From: Mobula hypostoma
Taxonomy: Eukaryota
DNA length: 64,000 nt
Reading direction: 5' to 3'
Assembly: GCF_963921235.1 (NCBI RefSeq)
Contig: NC_086106.1
Span: forward strand, 11,284,001-11,348,000
Part shown: positions 60,275 to 64,000 of the stretch, in pieces
How the letters are laid out: each line of letters opens with the position of its first letter
Position numbering within the stretch: position 1 is the first letter of the stretch
The notes under the pieces: model-generated
Database searches by the model: none
Seen by the model: only the letters and a program-made list of their open reading frames with translations
Told to the model about the DNA's origin: nothing
Program-made: the position numbers and the translations under genes

Positions 60275-61420
60275 TAAAGTTCAAAGTAAAATTTATTAGA
60301 GTACATACAGGTCACCACATACAACCCTGAGATTCTTTTCCCTGTGGGCATACTCAGCAAATCTATAGAACAGTAACTGTAAACAGGATCAATGGACAAC
60401 AAACTGTGTAAATGCAAATATAAATAATCAGCAATAAATAACGAGACCATGAAATAACAAGATAAAGAGTCCTTAAAGCAAGACTATCAGCTGTGGGAAC
60501 AGCTGAAATGTTCAAGAGCCTGATGGTTGAGGGGTAGTAACCTGGTGAACCTGGTGGTGCCAGTCCTGAGGCTCTTGTACCTTCTACCTGATGGCAGCAG
60601 TGAGAAAAGAGCACGGCCTGGGTGGTGAGGATCTTTGATCATGGATGCTGCTTTCCTACAGCAATGTTTCGTGTAGATGTACTCAATGGTTGGGAGGGCT
60701 TTACCCGTGATGTACTGGGCCAAATTAACTAACTTTTTGTCGGACTTTCCACTCATAAAGGCATTGGTGTTCCCATACCAGGCTGAAATGCAGCCAGTCG
60801 GCACACTTTTCCACCACACGTCTATAGAAGCTTGCTGAGGTTTTCAATGACATGCCATACCTCTGCAGACTCCTGAGGAGTCACCAATGCCATTGAATGG
60901 AAAAGCCTACAAAAAAATAGTGGATATGCCCCAGTCCATCACAGGTAAAGCACTGTCACAGAAAGGCAGCATCCATCATCAGGGACCTCCACCACCCAGG
61001 ACAAGTTCTCTTCTCACTGCTGCCATCAGGTGGAAGGTACAGGAGCCTCAGGACTCACACCACCGGGTTCAAGAACAGTTACCACCCCTCAACCAGCAGA
61101 CTCCTGAACCAGAGGGGATAACTTCACTCCACTTCACTGACTCCATCATGGAGCTGTTCTCACAGCCAACGGACTCACTTTCAAGGACTCTTCATCTCAT
61201 TGACGATATTTATTGCTTACTTATTCATTATTATTATTATTATTTCTTATTTTGTTTCTTTTTGCTTTTCCTCAGTTTGTTGTCGTTTGCACTCCGGTTG
61301 TTCGTCCGCCCTTCATCAATTCTGTTGTGGTTCATGTATCTACTGCGAATGCCCACAAGAAAATGAACCGCAGGATTGTACATGGTGACATAAATATAAA
61401 GATGATAAGTTTACTTTGAA
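60275..61420. mobile_element. Two Rex1/Babar-like LINE 3' ends in divergent orientation
   Basis: 60275-60880 (-) and 60880-61420 (+), both with DPHHPG..LLPSGRRY-type motifs. Confidence 0.8.
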
Positions 61421-62349
61421 CATTTGAACTTACTTTACTTTATTGTCGCCAAACAATTGATACCAGAGCGTACAATCATCACAGCGATATTTGATTCTGC
61501 TCTTCGCGCTCCCAGGAGTACAAATCGACAGTAAATATTAAAAATTTAAATTATAAATCATAAATAGAAAATAGAAAAGGGAAAGTAAGGTAGTGCAAAA
61601 AAACCGAGAGGCAGGTCCGGATATTTGGAGAGTACGGCCCAGATCCGGGTCAGGATCCGTTCAGCAGTCAGAACTTTTCATCTCATCCAGAGAGTCCTGG
61701 GAGCATGGAGGTCCGCAGGGGTTCTAGTCCATTACTAAAGCCTCTACCTTGGTTGGACAATGGATTGGCCAGTGATGGTCCATGGCTGATCTAGAACCCC
61801 CATTCATTTTCTCTTGACGTTATGTTAGTTCCTCAGCACGCCAGTTTGGCACTTCAGGTGGCAACCTTGCTGTTTCCTTAGCGTTTGCTCATTTTTGACA
61901 GAGCCAAGCTGCCGGCTCGAGGCTCAACCGACACGAGTAGAACTTGTGCGAGGAGCCGGCTGGATTCGAACCCGGGACCTCCCGCTCCGTAGCCCGGTGC
62001 GGATGGCAATATGCCATTGGCACAGACCTATCTCTTGGCACCTTTGGTTAAAAAGGACCAATGAGATATTTAATTGTCACAACGTCCTCCCACCCTTATT
62101 GGTAAAGGCTGGCAAGGATGAGTTCCATTTCCTTGACCTTCCATACAACCCCCTCATGGTAACATTACTAAATTCTTTAATGATTTTCAAGGCCAGATTG
62201 TCCTTTAAATGTCAAAGCCATAGGGACGTTAGACCAGGACACCTCACCTCATAATTCAATCATCTCAGGCCTGTGGAATTGTGTTGCTTTTCTTGAAAGC
62301 AGATTGGTCCTTCCCTGTTGGAGAGTGACCAAAAAATGACTTCCCTTCC

Positions 62350-62975
62350 CCGAATAACGAATCTGCACGTAGAGAGGAGGTGCGGAAACTGTCCGATTGG
62401 TGCAGGAACCACAACTGATCACTCAACCTCAAGAAGATGAAAGAAATGATCGTTGGCTTCAGGAAGATGAGAGGCCCTGAACAAGCTTCACTGTTGGTAA
62501 ACGGTGAGGCAGTGGACAGGGGCTCCAGTTTCAAGTGTTTCGGGGATGAACGTCACCCAGGAGCTCTCTTGGTCCGTCAACACAACCTCGCTAGTAGGGA
62601 AGGCACAACGCCTATCCTACCCGAGGTGCTTAAGGAGCGCTAATCTACCCCCAAAATTGCTGGCCAACTTTTATCGACGTGCAATAGCGAGCATACTGAC
62701 ATTAGCGAGCATAATGACGGTGTGGTGCTCTGGATGCAGCAAGGCAGATCACGATGCACTCCAACGGGTGATTAGGACGGCTCAGCGCATTGGAACCAGA
62801 CCTGGAGACAATCTACAACTCTGGATGCCCACGGCAACACTTGTAGTATCATCACAGACCCATCCCATCCCATCCCGGACACTCTCTGTCCAATCTGGTA
62901 GCAGATTCAGAGACATCTTGGCCAAGGCAGTAAGACTTCCCGAGCTTCTTCCCGAGGGCCATTCTGCAGCTGAAT
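62350..62975 (+). mobile_element. Rex1/Babar-like LINE fragment
   Basis: KEMIVGFRK..LANFYRRAIASIL..LQRVIRTAQRI. Confidence 0.75.
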
Positions 62976-63036
62976 AATGCCCCACCCTGGCTTGCCAATG
63001 GCCTTGCTATGGACTATCAATAATTCCATTTATATA

Positions 63037-63335
63037 GGCATCCGTTACTCTCGTGAGACCATGGATTTGCACCTTGGAAGGTTTCCAGGGCGCAGTCCTG
63101 GGCAACGTTGTATGGAAGACTAGCAGTTGCCCATGCTGCAAGTCTCCCCTCTCCGCGACACCGATGTTGTCCAAGGGAAGGGCATTAGGACCCATACAGC
63201 TTGGCACTGGTGTCGTCGCAGAGCAATGTGTGATTCAGTGCCTTGCTCAAGGACATAACATGTTGCCTCAGCTGAGGCTCGAACTAGTGACCTTCAGCTC
63301 ACTAGTCCGACGCCTTAACCACTTGGCCATGCGCA
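63037..63335 (-). mobile_element. tRNA-derived SINE (same family as 35195-35508)
   Basis: Reverse-complement homology, including boxes A and B. Confidence 0.8.
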
Positions 63336-64000
63336 TTCAGAGAAATGAACGCAATATGCATCCCAACTTTCTTGTTCTTCACGGACGTCCATGAAAACAG
63401 AAGAGTGCCCCAAAGAACGAGTGACAGTTAAAACATTAGGACCCTGAAGCCCCCCCCATGCACAAGCAGCAGCAAAGCAGCAATCCTCCACCTCCTGCAC
63501 TTAGTTCAGCAAAAGGCATCAGCCCCCTCCACCCACCAAGCAAGCAAAAGCAAAGTCCCTAAAAACAAAAACAAATCGTTCATTCAACAATTTGACATGC
63601 TACAGGCTCTCTCTCTCTCCCCCAATAAGGGGAAAAGAGTTGCCCCCTTTTCACATCGAGAGGGGAGTCATAACACATCAACTCACTGATTTACGATGGT
63701 AAAAGTCTGTTGCGCCTCCCATTTTCCCAAGTGCTTTGCCTGGAGAATCAGCGCGTTTGGTGTGTGTGTGTGTTTTTCTCTCTTGTTCTCTGTACAGTGT
63801 TTTTTGTTTTTTTTACATTGGGTTATTCTGGTTTCTTGCTCTGTGGCTGCCGGTAAGCAGACAAATCTCAAGGTGTAGAATTTAAGCCCAATTTATACTT
63901 CTGCATCAAATGTACGCCGTAGTTACCACATACCCTACGCTGTAGGGTGATGTGCACCTCCTCAAAAAAGTAACTCATGCGTCGTGGCGACGCAGACCGC

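Overview
Vertebrate genomic DNA, most likely a cartilaginous fish such as a ray or skate. This is inferred from the repeat landscape: HER1/CR1-type LINEs, V-SINE-like SINEs, Rex1/Babar-like LINEs, Penelope elements and Tc1. Three host genes are supported. (1) An intronless, atypical thioredoxin on the - strand (3882-4235), with WCEFC at the active-site position and a canonical CGPC motif at the extreme C-terminus. (2) A SERTA-domain gene most like SERTAD3 on the + strand (main coding exon 8613-9422), head-to-head with the thioredoxin across a CpG-island promoter. (3) A SERTAD1-like gene on the + strand (main exon 46269-47013) whose start codon appears to come from a small upstream exon at 36965-37035. 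Most of the rest is nested transposon debris. The Penelope-like elements carry minimal hammerhead-ribozyme motifs (one apparently intact at 22908-22943), including a 225-bp fold-back element flanked by a target-site duplication (TSD). There are three assembly gaps. Repeat boundaries are read by eye and approximate, and gene names rest on recalled family motifs, not database searches.
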